From Takakia lepidozioides (Eukaryota > Plantae > Bryophyta): a stretch of 64,000 nucleotides of DNA. The notes below the pieces were generated by a model that was not told the origin of the DNA, did no database searches, and saw only the letters and a program-made list of their open reading frames with translations. Below are positions 1 through 13,400 of the stretch, piece by piece. Position numbers and translations under genes: made by a program. Every line of letters begins with the position of its first letter. Positions within the stretch are counted from its first letter, which is position 1. The stretch lies in contig CM060731.1 in assembly GCA_030704615.1 (NCBI GenBank), forward strand, positions 71,734,001 to 71,798,000, read 5' to 3'.

Positions 1-444
1 ACTACGCCTTCGTCCCGAGGCTACACGATTATAGTACGTGAACGGAAGCACGTAGCTTCCGCGTTAGCCCGCACTACAAGGCAACCCCCTCGGTAACGCA
101 GTTATAGTACGCGCATGCGCCAGGTGCGCACTAGCACGTGAACTCCCAAAGAAGTCGCAAGTTTCCTTGCCCCTTGGATGGGGGTCACCCGATTTCGGCA
201 CTACGCAAACACACGATTAACCCAATTTACCTCTCCCACTTTTATAAGCTAGCATGCATTCTACACACTAGCCAACCATACCATGCATCACCATTCCAAA
301 CAAAATAGGATGCACAACATTTGGAACCCATTTCCTTTATAACAAATTTTTGTACAATACAAGTTTTTGTAATCGGATTCCTAAGCTAGCTAAGCCGGAC
401 TAAGCATGCATTTCCTCCCCCACGCTCCAAGGTTGATGTCCCCA

Positions 445-3400
445 TCAACGTTTCTTCCGCTTTTGAGGTCGCCCTTCGAAAGCTGCAACCGCCTCGGATG
501 CGTTTCCCATTTCTGAGGCACGCACCCAAGATGCCTCCACATGATGACAGCCCTTCCATTTGACGAGATACTCCATTTCTCGGTTCCTGAACCTCCTCGA
601 CTTAAGTATTGCCTCCACCTCGTACTCAGGTTCATTTTCATGATCCAACAGCATAGGTGGCGGACGCAACACTTGATGCCGATTCGGACGCGCTTCATCT
701 TTGAAGTAAGGCTTCAAAAGGGAGACATGGAATACTGGGTGCACCTTGCTGTTTGCCGGCAGCTCCAATTCATACACATCCTCATTCATAACCTTCCGAA
801 TGCGAAAGGGTCCCGCATACGGAGGTACGAACTTCGGACTCACTTCCGGAGGTAGTCGGAAATTCTTGATGTTCAACCAAACCTCTGTGCCTGCCTCAAA
901 CTTCACTTCCCTCCGCTTCCGATTCGCCTGCCTTTCATACCGTTTCCTAGCTTTGGCAATGTTGTACTTTGCGAGCTTCAACAAACGCTCGCGTTCTTCC
1001 AGTACCGCCGCTACTGCCGGTTCTTCGACGTCCTGGGCGGCCCAACTTGTCGGCACCAAAGGTGCTTTTCCATAGACCAATACGAAAGGGGAAACTCCCG
1101 TTGCGGAGTGTTATGTGTTATTATAACAGAACTCTGCCGCGTCTAAGTGTTCCATCCAGTCTGATTGGTCTGCCGACACGTAATTCCGCAAGATCTGCTT
1201 CACTATGGAAGTCACCCTTTCTGCTTGGCCGTCGGTCGTAGGTCGGAAGGTGGTGCTCATCTTCAGCCTCGTCCCCATCTTCTTCCAAAGTGCTCTCCAG
1301 AATTTACTCGTAAACTTTGGATCGCGGTCCGAGACAATATCCTTCGGGACTCCATGATGATTTAAGACGTGGGCGAAGTAAAGTCGCCCTGTCTCCTGCG
1401 CCGTTGCCGTCTCCTTGGTGGGGATGAAATGGGCCATTTTACTGAACCTATCTACCACCACCATGATTGCATCGAATCCTTTGGACAGCGGCATAGCAGT
1501 CATGAAATCCATCGAGACGCTTTCCCAAGTCCCCTCTGGAATCGGCAAGGGTTGTAACAGCCCCGCTTGCTTTTTGTACTCGCTCCGATTTTGTTGGCAT
1601 GTGGTGCATGTCTTGACATACTCCTCTGCCTCCTCCCTCAGTTTGGGCCAGAAATACTCTTTCTTCAAGAGTGCCGCAGTGCGCTTGGCTCCGCCGTGGC
1701 CCGCAAGCGGGCTATCATGGCATTCTCTCAAGAGGCTATCTCTGATCCCTCCCTTCGGCACGTAGAGACGTTTTTGCTTATACCGGAGCAGTCCATTTTG
1801 CAAGTGGAACTGCGATTTAACCCCCATCCTCAAGTCCTGCATCACGGACTTCGCCAGCTCATCCTTCCGGCAAGCCTTCCGGATCTTCCTTTGGAGCGCC
1901 GTCTCGCCCTTGTACACCAACAAGAGCTGCTGCTTTCTACTTAAAGCATCGGCCACCACGTTGTCTCGTCCCGGTTTGTACTGGATATCCACGTCGAACA
2001 CCGCCAAAGTATCTTGCCACCTAAGTTGTTTTGGGGACAACTTGGGCTGCGTGGCAAAATACTTCACCGTGACATTGTCCGTGAACACCTTCACTGGGTT
2101 GGAACCAACATAGTGGCGCAGAAGCTCAAGACAGTGCACCACCGCCTTCATCTCTTTTCGTGCGTCGGCCACCGTCGCTCCACTTCATTCAGTTTCTTAC
2201 TTTCGTAAGCCACTGGACGTCCATCTTGCATCAGTACACCCCCAATCGCGAAGTCCGACGCATCTGTATGTATCTCGAACGGACGATCGAACTCCGGGAT
2301 TTTCAAGACTGGAGCTTCCGCCATCCGCTGCTTCAATTCAGCAAAAGCTTGGCCACAAAAGGTGTTCCATGCCCAGACTTTAGATTTACACAGAAGGTCT
2401 GACAGCGGCCCCGCAATCTTGGCAAAATTTCTCACATACTTCCGGTAATAGGAGGCGAGTCCTAGGAAGGATCGCACTCCCGGGACCGAAGTCGGAGGCT
2501 CCCAGTCCAAGATCGCCCTCACCTTTCTGTCATCCATTTTGATCCCATCCTGTGTAATCACATGCCCCAAGAACTCCACTTTCGTGACCCCGAATTCGCA
2601 CTTTGAAGCTTTGGCGTACAGCTTCCCTTCCCGCAACTTTTGGAACACCCTTTTGAGGTGCTCCAGGTGCTCCTCCTTTGTTTTCGAGTACACCAAGATG
2701 TCGTCGATGTACACGATCACAAAGTCATCCAACCACTCCTAGAAAAGGTTGTTCATCAGCGTGCTAAAGGTCGCAGGTGCATTGGTGAGGCCAAAAGGCA
2801 TCACCAAGAACTCATATGAACCATACCTTGTCCTGCACGCGGTCTTCTCCTCATCTCCTTCCGCCACCCGAATTTGGTGATAGCCGGAGCGCAAGTCGAT
2901 CCGGCTGAAATACTTCGCTCCTGCCAACCGATCGAAGAGGTCGTCGATCCTTGGCAAAGGGTACCGGTTTTTGATAGTCACCTTATTCAGAGCCCTGTAA
3001 TCGACACACATCCGCAGCGTCCCATCCTTCTTGTCTGCAAATAGCACCGGGGCTCCGTAAGGTGACTTACTCGGCCGGATGTACCCCTTTGACATTAGAT
3101 CCTTGAGCTGAGTCTTCAGCTCGACCAACTCTCTGTGGCTCAACCGGTAGGGCGCCTTGGCAGGCGGTTCCGATCCCGGTATCACCTCAATCTTGTGGTC
3201 AACTCCTCTTCGCGGTGGCAAGCCGCTTGGTAAATCCTCCGGCATCACATCCTATATTTCTCCAAAATCCCCTTGATCCAATCTGGGCTCGGCTCCCCAT
3301 CGCCTTCTCCTTTCACTTCTCTAATGTAAAGCAAAAACTGGGGCTCGTGTGCCTCCTCCACGGCCCACTTCCTTGCTGATAGAATGTTTATTCGCCCTCC

Positions 3401-4941
3401 CACGGATTTGGGCGTTTCCGACACTCGTAAGACCTCGCCACCATTCCCACATGGCAGCGTGACTACTCTCTTGCGGTCATCTATGACCGCTCCGGATTTG
3501 CTCAAAAAGGTCATCCCCAAAATGAGATCCACTCCATCGATCTCGCAGATGGTGAAGTTCTCACGTCCCTCCCAACTCCCCAGTTGAAGAGGAACATCAA
3601 ACGCCAACCTTGTCGCCATCTGTGGTTCTCCTTTGGCAGAACGCACCTCTATAGAGGCCCCCACGTTGCTTGTCGGGAGTCCCAACTTTCGCGCCGCCGC
3701 CGGCGTCATGAAGGAGTGCGACGCTCCTTGCAAGTCCTGGCGACCACCGCTTCCACCAAGCGACTGATGGTATCTTCCGACAGCTCCGTGGTTGCCCGAG
3801 TCATGTTCAATTGTCGGGGTTTCGTGCACTTCTTGGCCATGTGCCCGGGCTCTCCGCAATTGAAACACACTCCATCAAAGGTCGCCTTCTGTCCGCTATA
3901 AGCCGCTCCACCCGCTTTTCCTTTCGAAGCACCGGGTGCCGCCTTGACGTGTGAAGGCCCTCCCTTCGATTTCCACGTGCCATTGTCGCCGCGTGGCCTA
4001 TCCCACTTCTTTTCCGGTCGGAAGGAGTCACCTTCCCGCCGGGTCTTCTTGTGGTTCAGCTCCGTACGGCCTTGTCTCTCACCCCTAGGGTCATCTGAGA
4101 AACATTCGGCCCTCTCAATTGCCTCGTTCAAAGTCTTAGGTGGCTTCTCGTCCAACTTCCGCCTGGCCCATGGGGCCTGTCCCGCCACAAAGTTGAAGAC
4201 CATTTCCGGTTCTGCCATGTCCACGACTTCGAGCAAAAGCACATTGAAAGCCTGGACATATCCCCGAATGTCGTCTGTTTGCTTCAAATTCCTCATCTTG
4301 TCCCGGGCAAGCCAGGACGCGTTGAGAGGCATAAACTGTCTCTTCATCAATTCCTTGAACCCACTCCAGTTCAAGGTTTCCAGGCTTGGACCTCGGTCGT
4401 GAAGGTGTTTCTGCCACCATTGTTGAGCATAGCCCCTCAAATAGGTGGGAGCCACTTCCACCCGATCCTCGTCACTCAACTTGGCCGCCCGGAAGTACTG
4501 CTCTAGCTCCAGGAGCCAGGTGTTGAGTGCCTTCTGATTTCGGACGCCCTCGAAGGTGCCGGGTTCCTTAGGCTTCACTTTAAACTTTGCCTTAGTGGAA
4601 GTGGCATCAGCCGCCTTCAACACGTCTTTCAACGTCCCGCCAAACTGCGCCAACAACCCTTCCCAAAATGCTGCCGGCATGGGAGGCATCTGTTGGTCGG
4701 TCGGAGCTCTCACGGATTCCTTGGGCTCCGACTCCTCGGATTCCTTCCGCTCTTGAGCGGCCTCGCTTTCAGAAACCTGCGTCGCTTCCTCAAACGGCCG
4801 CTTCGGTGACACGTCGCCCCCATCGGGCTCACCAGGATCATCATCTTTTGGGCCGTTCCGCTTTCGCTTTGGCTTGCCCGACCCCAAGATGAGGCCAATC
4901 CCAAGGACGATCGCGTACTGAACTCTAGGCTCTGATACCAA
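445..4941 (-). pseudogene. gag-pol polyprotein with frameshifts and stops
   Basis: Gag zinc knuckle CFNCGEPGHMAKKC. Protease remnant GASHSF lacks the catalytic Asp. RT motifs [24 protein letters not shown]. RNase H TDASDFAIGGVL. Integrase HHCC plus SMDF/VSDRD/GQAE. Chromodomain EYEVEAIL..EYLVKWKG. In-frame stops near 2739 and 1111; frameshifts near 3245 and 2160. Confidence 0.95.
4929..4940 (-). promoter_or_regulatory. Primer-binding site complementary to tRNA-iMet
   Basis: TGGTATCAGAGC on the minus strand, 2 nt from the LTR end. Confidence 0.9.
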
Positions 4942-4942
4942 C

Positions 4943-5672
4943 TGTCGCGCACCTCACTTCGGTAAGCTCCCCTTCAAGTCATAGTTACTCGCTCTGATGC
5001 GCGCGCTTGACTCCCAACCTGGCCGCCGGGCCAACTTGGAGCTTCGGCTGCTCACCGGGACATAACGGTCCCCCTTCGCTCTCCCACTAAACCCTCCACC
5101 TCTTTGGGCCTAGTGGAATTTCCTTTGGTAGTTGGCAGTCCGGAACAGCTCCTCACTCTTTGGACGCTTTCCGGCTCGCTCGCTTACTCACTAGTTTTTG
5201 GTCACCAACGGGCTTGCACCGTTCTCGGGGTCACTACTCCCCCTTATATATACTTTTGTAGCTGTCCGCGGGGGTTTCACAGCCAGCCATGCCATTTTAT
5301 GGCGAACCACCACGAAAATCCTCGACTCCCGGTGATGAGTCGCGGTGAGTCTTGGCCCACTCACCACGGCCCCTCTGGACCGTGATGAGTCCCAAGACTC
5401 CCCACGACTCCCACCACGAGGTCTCCGCCCCCATGGTGAGTCCTATGCCACCCCCACTAAGTCCCGCTAAGCTACCACCACCCCTTGTGGAGCCACCCCC
5501 ACCGCAACCCGGTGTGCGGGGCTCCACCTAGTGAGCGCCTCCGCCTCCTTGAGTGCCTTGGGCACTCAAGGGTGCTTCAGCCCCCCCATACCTATCGCTG
5601 CCGCTGCCCCCACCACAGGGGCAGTCCCTCATGTGTCCCGACCCCCTGCCCTCAAGGCAAAGGGCCGCGACA
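4943..5672 (-). repeat. 5' LTR (730 bp)
   Basis: Inverted termini TGTCGCG...CGCGACA, adjacent to the PBS. Confidence 0.88.
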
Positions 5673-6368
5673 GAATGTCTGTTGGATTACAGACAGTAGC
5701 AGATGCAATGGAGCATAGGAACTAGAGTGAGAAGTTGAGTTGGGTGTTTCCTAGAACAAATGTAGGCTGTTATTGTCAGCTGCTACTAGCAAGGCAAGGA
5801 TGTATGCATGATTTGTGCAGAGGTACATTGGATAGCTGAAGGAGCAGGGATAGAGTGTGGGTTCAGATTCATCCAAGAGGGCCACATTTCAAGCACAACA
5901 TTGCCTATGATTCCTTGTGGAAGGATAGCTACAAGAAACTTGCATGGGTAGATGGTCAACTGGAAGCCGTAGCGGCAGCGGCACAATTGGTAAAATCAGG
6001 CGATGAGGGCACCTTCTTCAACACATTTCACCCTATTTTTCCCTCTTATCAGAATCGGCCCTAAATTTCCATGTTGAATTCTGTGAGTTAGCTGGTTGAG
6101 TGAATCTTTGATAGATTGGATTGACTTTGACATGATACTGCCAATGTGACAACAGGAAAGTATCCAAAAACAGGTACAAGAGATGATGAGAAGGTGTGGA
6201 ATGAATACTTTTCTGATCCCAGTCAATGGTGGGACAACCGAGGCAAAAAGGTGAATGCCTGTCAGATTACCAGATGTCATTCTGAACACTGCCCTGGTGG
6301 AAATATATGCCAAATGTGGGTGCATTGAGGATGCCAAGGGAGTGTTCAACACTATGGCTAAACGAGAT
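5673..6368 (+). pseudogene. Inverted partial copy of the OSB-PDF/PPR pseudogene
   Basis: Reverse complement of 27359-27650 joined to 9821-10231. Encodes PRGPHFKHNIAYDSLW..WVDGQL and WNEYFSDPSQWWDNRGKK. Confidence 0.8.
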
Positions 6369-7699
6369 CACTACTACAGAAACCGGTTTTTCCAACACCA
6401 CCCATAGTTCACACCTGGCACTTTGAACAGCTCCTCTTACACCCATGTGAGAGGAGGCAAGGTGTGATCTGGACCATTGTAGGAAAACCCACATGGTGTT
6501 ACAAATTTCACACTCGAATGACACCCATACGGTCAACGGGTGTTGACCAAGATAATGCATATGGGGCATTTGACATGAGTGTGAAATGAGTCATGGAGTG
6601 TGAGGTTAGTGTGAGATGTCCTACAGGAATTTGGGGCAACTATATGGCGTGGCACATTGACCATCCAGGTGGAAGATAGATGGATGAAATGACTTCCACC
6701 TCTATTCAACATGCCTTGGACGACATAACACATAGACTTTTGTTTAGAGAATTTAAAAGTTCAAAAATGTTATTAGGGTTATGGGGTCTGCATGTAGAGG
6801 GTTGTGGGACTTGTAGTTTTTCTTTGCCGGCTCGTTTAGAATCTGAATGCCCACCAGTGCAGGCCATCCATTTAAGTTGATGCCAAAATGCATTTTCATC
6901 CAAACATCAAAGCTCTCAAAATAGACAACCTCAAGTAAAATGAGAAGGAGATCGGCAGAACCGAAAGGGCATAGAATTCTCTTCAATATTGAACACTGCC
7001 TGCAACTATTGGCTATAACTTGCCCTCTGTCCTGTCACATATAATCCCTTCAGGAACCAGCAATCCAAAAAGATGCACTGCTCATGCAGCTGACGACAAT
7101 ATCGTTATGAGAATGTCACACTATAATCAACAATGTACAACAATTGCTTTGAGAAGCTATAGATAAAACTACCTCATGTCGTCTCAGAGATTTGTGAGCG
7201 CCAAAAATGTCAATCCCATTTCTGTCCAATCAACCTTGACACGCAGTTCGGGACACGCAGCAGAGAGGGCGTAGGCGCATGTGCACAACAACCCTAGGCC
7301 CCTCACAATGAGACAGTCTGAAGCTAAGCTGAGCACGAATTTCAATCTCTACTAGTCCAACCGTACTAGAGAAATATCCAGTGATCCTCAGACAAGGCTT
7401 TCTTCACCACCTTACAAAAATTGTTCCCAATGACTACCTCCATGTCCACATTGTTGCTTGATGTCGAGAAGCTTGGACAAAGTGCCTTGCTCTTTGTGAC
7501 TCGCTCCCTTTTTGAGACAGCAGGGTTTTTTTTTTACGGGTGTACTTCACTCACAACCGTCTTTTTTACACTACGTCCGGGATATCAATGATCGCCCTAG
7601 CCTGAATTTTGCCCCACCCTATCAAGCGCCAGTGTTTTTTAACTAGTGCTTTTCAACTCGTCTGCTTAGGGCCCCACTTTCTCCCCTCTATTGGTACAT

Positions 7700-9250
7700 G
7701 TCAAAATCACTCCAAGAGCCACAGTGTTGGAAAACTGCCTTCGCATCCTTGATGCTCCCACATTTGGCATACATGTCCACAAGGGCACTGTCCAGAATCA
7801 CAATCAGGTACAATTCCAGCTTTGACAATGAAACCATGGACCTGATCTTCCCTTTTCCAGAGCTGGCAAGCTTGCCCTTGATGCTCCCACATTTGGCGTA
7901 CATGTCCACGAGGGCATTGTTCAGAATCACATCAGGTACAATTCCACCTTTGACAATGAAACCATGGACCTCTTCCCTTTTCCAGAGCTGCCAGGCTTGC
8001 CCTTCATGCTGACACATTTGGCATACATGTCCACGAGGGCATTGTCCAGAATCACATCAGGTATAATTCCAGCTTTGACAATGAAACCATGGACCTCTTC
8101 CCTTTTCCAGAGCTGCCAGGCTTGCCCTTGATGCTCCCACATTTGGCATACATGTCTACGAGGGCATTGTCCAGAATCACAGTCAGGTACAATTCCAGAT
8201 TTGACAATGAAACCATGGACCTGATCGGAACCTTTTCCAGAGCTGGCAGGCTTGCCATTGATGCTCCCACGTTTGGCATACATGTCCACGAGGGCATTGT
8301 CCAGAATCACAATCACGTTCAATGCAAGCTTTGACAATGAAACCATAGACCTGATCTTCCATTTTCCAGAGCTGGCAGGCTTGCCCTTGATGCTCCCACA
8401 TTTGGCGTACATGTCCACGAGGGCATTGTTCAGAATCACATCAGGTACAATTCCACCTTTGACAATGAAACCATGGACCTCTTCCCTTTTCCAGAGCTGC
8501 CAGGCTTGCCCTTCATGCTGACACATTTGGCATACATGTCCACGAGGGCATTGTCCAGAATCACATCAGGTACAATTCCACCTTTGACAATGAAACCATG
8601 GACCTCTTCCCTTTTCCAGAGCTGCTAGGCTTGCCCTTGATGCTCCCACATTTGGCATACATGTCCACAAGGGCATTGTCCAGAATCACAATCAGGTACA
8701 ATTCCAGCTTTGACAATGAAACCATGGACCTGATCAGAACCTTTTCCAGAGCTGGCAGGCTTGCCATTGATGCTCCCACATTTGGCATACATGTCCACAA
8801 GGGCATTGTCCAGAATGACAATCACGTACAATGCAAGCTTTGACAATGAAACCATAGACCTGATCTTCCCTTTCCCAGAGCTGGCAGGCTTGCCCTTCAT
8901 GCTCCCACATTTGGCATACATGTCCACGAGGGCATTGTCCAGAATCACAATCACGTACAATGCAAGCTTTGACAATGAAACCATAGACCTGATCTTCCCT
9001 TTCCCAGAGCTGGCAGGCTTGCCCTTCATGCTCCCACATTTGGCATACATGTCCACAAGGGCATTGTCCAGAATCACAATCACGTACAATTCCAGCTTAG
9101 ACAATGAAACCACGGACTTGATCTTCCCTTTTCCAGAGCTGGCAGGCTTGCCCTTGATGCACCCACATTTGGTATCCCTAAAGCATGGACCTAATCTTCC
9201 CTTTTCCAGAGCTGCCAGGCTTGCCCTTCATGCTAACACATTTGTTGTGG
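7700..9250 (-). repeat. Tandem array of ~118-123-bp PPR-derived units (about 12 copies)
   Basis: Recurring gggcattgtccagaatcac..tttgacaatgaaaccat..ttttccagagctg..ttgcccttgatgctcccacatttggcatacatgtccac. Confidence 0.9.
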
Positions 9251-10454
9251 TCGGGCTTCATCCCTTCCCCCATCATTTGGTCATGATAGGTCTCCAAAGG
9301 CTCCATCCCACTTCACTGATGTGCACATCCTGCAAGCATCGCGCTCCACGACACCACATCTTGTTCAGCCATATTGTTGAACACTCCCTCCGCATCCTCA
9401 ATGCTCTCACATATATTTGGCATACATGTCCACGAGGGCATTGTTCAGAATCGCATCTGTTACAATTCCAGCTTTGGTGATGCAACCATGCACCACTTTG
9501 CCCTTTTGCAGGGCTGCCAGACTTGCACACGCACTGCAAACGCACAATCTTGTTCAACCATAATGTTGCATCCTCAATGCTCCCACATTGGGCATACATG
9601 TGTCCACCAGAGCAGTCATGTTCAGGATGACATCTGGTACAATTGCAAATTGTCACGATGGATCTCTTTGCCCTTTTCCAGGGCTGCCAGGCTCCCACAC
9701 TCACTGCCAACACACACAAATGTTATGTGGTCGGGCTTCACCCTTCCCCCATCATTTGCTCATAGGTCTCCAAAGCCTCCATCCCATGCCCCTGCAAGCA
9801 TCGCACTCCACGACACCACATCTCGTTTAGCCATGGTGTTGAACACTCCCTTGGCATCCTCGATGCACCCACATTTGGCATATATTTCCACCAGGGCAGT
9901 GTTCAAAATGACATCTGGTAATCTGCCAGGCATTCACCTTTTTGCCTCGGTTGTCCCACCATTGACTGGATCCGAAAAGTATTCATTCCACACCTTCTCC
10001 TCATCTCTTGTACCTGTTTTTGGATACTTTCCTGTTGTCACATTGGCAGTATCATGTCAAAGTCACTTCAATCTGTCAAAGATTCACTCAACCAGCTAAC
10101 TTGCATAATTCAACATGGAAATTTAGGGCTGATTCTGATAAGGGGGAAAAATAGGGTGAAATGTGTTGAAGAAGGTGCCCTCATCGCCTGATTTTACCAA
10201 TTGTGCCGCTGCTGCTGCGGCTTCCAGTTGATGGGGGCTGCTATTTCATGAGCGGCATGAGCATGAGCGGAAAAAAAAAAAAGCATGAGCAGACCATTGT
10301 GAGTCCACGGAAATAGGGTTAGGAGGCACGGAAATAGGGTCATGTGAAGTTGGAATGTGGCACCAGTGGACTTGAAATGCAACATTTTATTGCAAATTTT
10401 GTGGCAAGCCACGTCTATACAAGTGTGTTCTAACTGTCATAGCCGGAATGGGCA

Positions 10455-13400
10455 CTACTCTTCTACACCCTCCGAGGAACTTGCCCCACCTTCTTCCTCA
10501 TCCCCCTCATCCCCCTCATCCTCCGAGCTCTGTGATGCATCAGTTCCACTATGCCTCTCAAAAATCCCGTCCTCTCCTTGGGGGACTATCCACCTCACCT
10601 CCTGGGAATCTTCTGCGTCTTCTCCCCCACTTTCCTCAGCAGAATCCAAGACAAATCTACGAGCCCGACGGGCTCTAATAGCTGTTGCCTCCTCCCTCAT
10701 CTTCATTTTCTTGAGGCTTGCCTCGTCTAAAATCTGCTGTACACGACTAGGTTCGGAACACCTCCTAATGGACACCGAAGCAAGCCGGGCAGCATAAGTA
10801 GGAAGGATGTACTCCCTTTCTGGACTAGGCATGAAATCCCCCCTGGCAAAAAAAAGCACGTTCCTCCTGCCCATGAACTCCGGTGTAGACGTTCCTCCGG
10901 CAGTACTTGGCATCCTACAGTAAGAACAAATCCACTTGAAGAATGTCAATACCAGCACAACCAGAAAGGGTTTTCAATGAAATAAGAGAGCGGAGGGAGG
11001 TGCCTCACGAAATCTGGAGGCAACTTACAATGCCACCACTTACTCGTAAACCGGGGGCTCCTCGGCCTCGATCCCAACTTCCTCCCCCTGCTCCTTCTCG
11101 GATTTTTCCTCATCCTCCGAGGATGCCTCTTCCTCTTTCGGCAGACGTTCAGCCGCTGCAAGTTCCGAGTTGTGGAGGGCAGTATCTGGCTCGAAGGCGA
11201 ACACATGCCTGTCGGACAACGTCCCTGCCCACATTGAAGCACCTGAGGAACAAAGCGGGCGGTTAATAGCTTGCGGCATGCAATTGCAATCGGGCCAGGG
11301 GACAAACTGAGCACGTGAAGGCTTACCCGTGCTGCATGTGAGGTCCAGAATCCGCCCTTGGACATCCGAGCACGTCTCCATGAGGGTTTGGATGAAAGCA
11401 GGGCTCCGGGTCTGGCTGTACCGCCACGGTTTGCCTGTCTTTGTGTCCTTTGGCATACTGGAGTGGGGCACATAGTTGTAGAGGACATCGTAGGTTACAG
11501 GGTCCACAACGGCATCAACAAGACGACCGTCGTTGCGGAATTTGAACGTAGACCCTCTCTTCACAAAGCAATATGCCTCAAACACCAATGTCTGCACATC
11601 CAACAAAGAAGGGATCAACTCCAGGGTCTACTTAACATACACCACAATATGAAGTGAATGCAATAGATTGATAACTTACACTTTGGCCCTCTGTTCACAA
11701 CCCCTGTGTACTGATGCAGAACCATTTTCTGAGGAGGACCGGGGTGACACTTTTCGGTGTCCACCTTGCCACCGCATTCTCTGTGGTCTTCCCTCTCGTG
11801 GCAAGGACAACCACACATCCACCGTCATCCAGAAGCATCCCCGTCAGCCCAAACCCGGCTTTCCAGTAGTCCTCTGTAAACCTGTTCCAGGTGGGCACAC
11901 CATCCAGGCCCTCCAGCAGCTCCCCATCTGGAATGTCAAGGAGAATCATGTCGCAAGCTCTCTCCACCTCAACCCCCCCCCCCGAGTGCTCTTGCAATTC
12001 GTGCTCACAGTCGTGAAGAATTCCATCATGGCTTCAAAACCAGGGGTGTCTTTAGGCTCTGTACCGCCAGCCCTCTTCTTGGCTTTCCCCTTCTGCTCCG
12101 CCAGAGACTTGCTGTGTGCCACCTTCTTCGCCCTGGCAGCAAGAGCGTCAAGGAAGCTCTCATTGACGCATTGGATGATGGTTGGAGGTTCTAGTTTTGG
12201 CCTGTGCGTAAACGTCACCGCCGAATACCGGCGTGTAGGCTCGCCCTCAAATGCCAACTTCTTGGCAGAGCCAGTCCCACTCCGAACTGACTTGGGAACC
12301 CGGACGACCGGTGACTGGGTAGGAGCAACAGCAGTCGCAGGACCTTGAACACTCTCTTGGGTCCCCTCCTGCGCCTCCTCCGATGCCCCGATGGTTTTCT
12401 TCTTTTTGGGTGTTACTGCACTCACCTGTTTCCTTGTCCTTTTCCTTTGGCCTTTACTCTTCTCATGCAATTTCTCCTGAATTCCTGCCTGAGCAAGCTC
12501 TGCCGCTTTCCTGGAGTTCGCAAGCGCTTTTGCCACTTTTGCACCCAACGGAGGCAGCGGAGCCCGGTTTCGTCGGAATTCAGCATCCAGCTTCAATTGA
12601 AACTCCGATGGGTCGAGCGAGCCGGGCGGAAGGTCCACATACCAAGGGCAATCACGCAAATGTTCCAGATGCCACTCCTTCACAATATCGTCAGTGTACA
12701 TGGAGTCAACCCCAGGGTTCCTCCATGCCAGGAAGAATGGTGGCTCGAAAGACAGATGACCTTTCTCCAAAAGGGAGAACTTGCAGTACCTGCATTCATG
12801 AAAAACACAATGAGGTCCCTGAAATGCATATTCGGCACCATTTTCCCAGGTTGGGGCGGATGTGAGTGGGCCTAGAAATGGAAAAATGGCGCCGAATTTC
12901 CAGTTCCGGGCCAGCCACCCTAGGGACTTAGCCCGAAAATGGCTAAGTCCCTGAACGGCAATAGGGCCTAGAACTGGAAAATGGCGCCGAATTTCCAGTT
13001 CCGGGCCAGCCATCCTAGGGACTTAGCCCGAAAATGGCTAAGTCCCTGAACGGCAATAGGGCCTAGAACTGGAAAATGGCGCCGAATTTCCAGTTCCGGG
13101 CCAGCCACCCTAGGGACTTAGCCCGAAAATGGCTAAGTCCCTGAACGGCAATAGGGCCTGGAACTGGAAAATGGCGCCGAATTTCCAGTTCAGGGCCAGT
13201 TCAGGGCCAGCCAGTCTAGGGACTTAGCCATTTTCGGAGCCCTGACTGGAAATTCGGCGCCATTTTCCCTAACACCACATGAGGCCTCTAACATCCTGAA
13301 ATGCAAGGACTTGAAAGAAAGGCAGCGCGTATGTACCTGTACAGAAGGCGCATTGCTGCTTTGTTCGCGTTCGGCTGGTCGGTGAACTCGTGGCTCCGGC

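Larger units (their letters stand above)
1..5672 (-). mobile_element. Ty3/Gypsy chromovirus LTR retrotransposon (Galadriel-like by inference), decayed; 3' LTR lies outside the window
   Basis: Order on the minus strand is gag-PR-RT-RH-INT-chromodomain. 5' LTR at 4943-5672 and tRNA-iMet PBS are present. Confidence 0.95.

Noticed and set aside
1-440. Possible 3' LTR after a purine tract near 410-421
   Set aside because: No similarity to the 5' LTR at 4943-5672; this is internal 3' sequence.
11695-11697. TGA repaired by U-to-C RNA editing
   Set aside because: That editing is organellar; this is a nuclear gene with spliceosomal introns.
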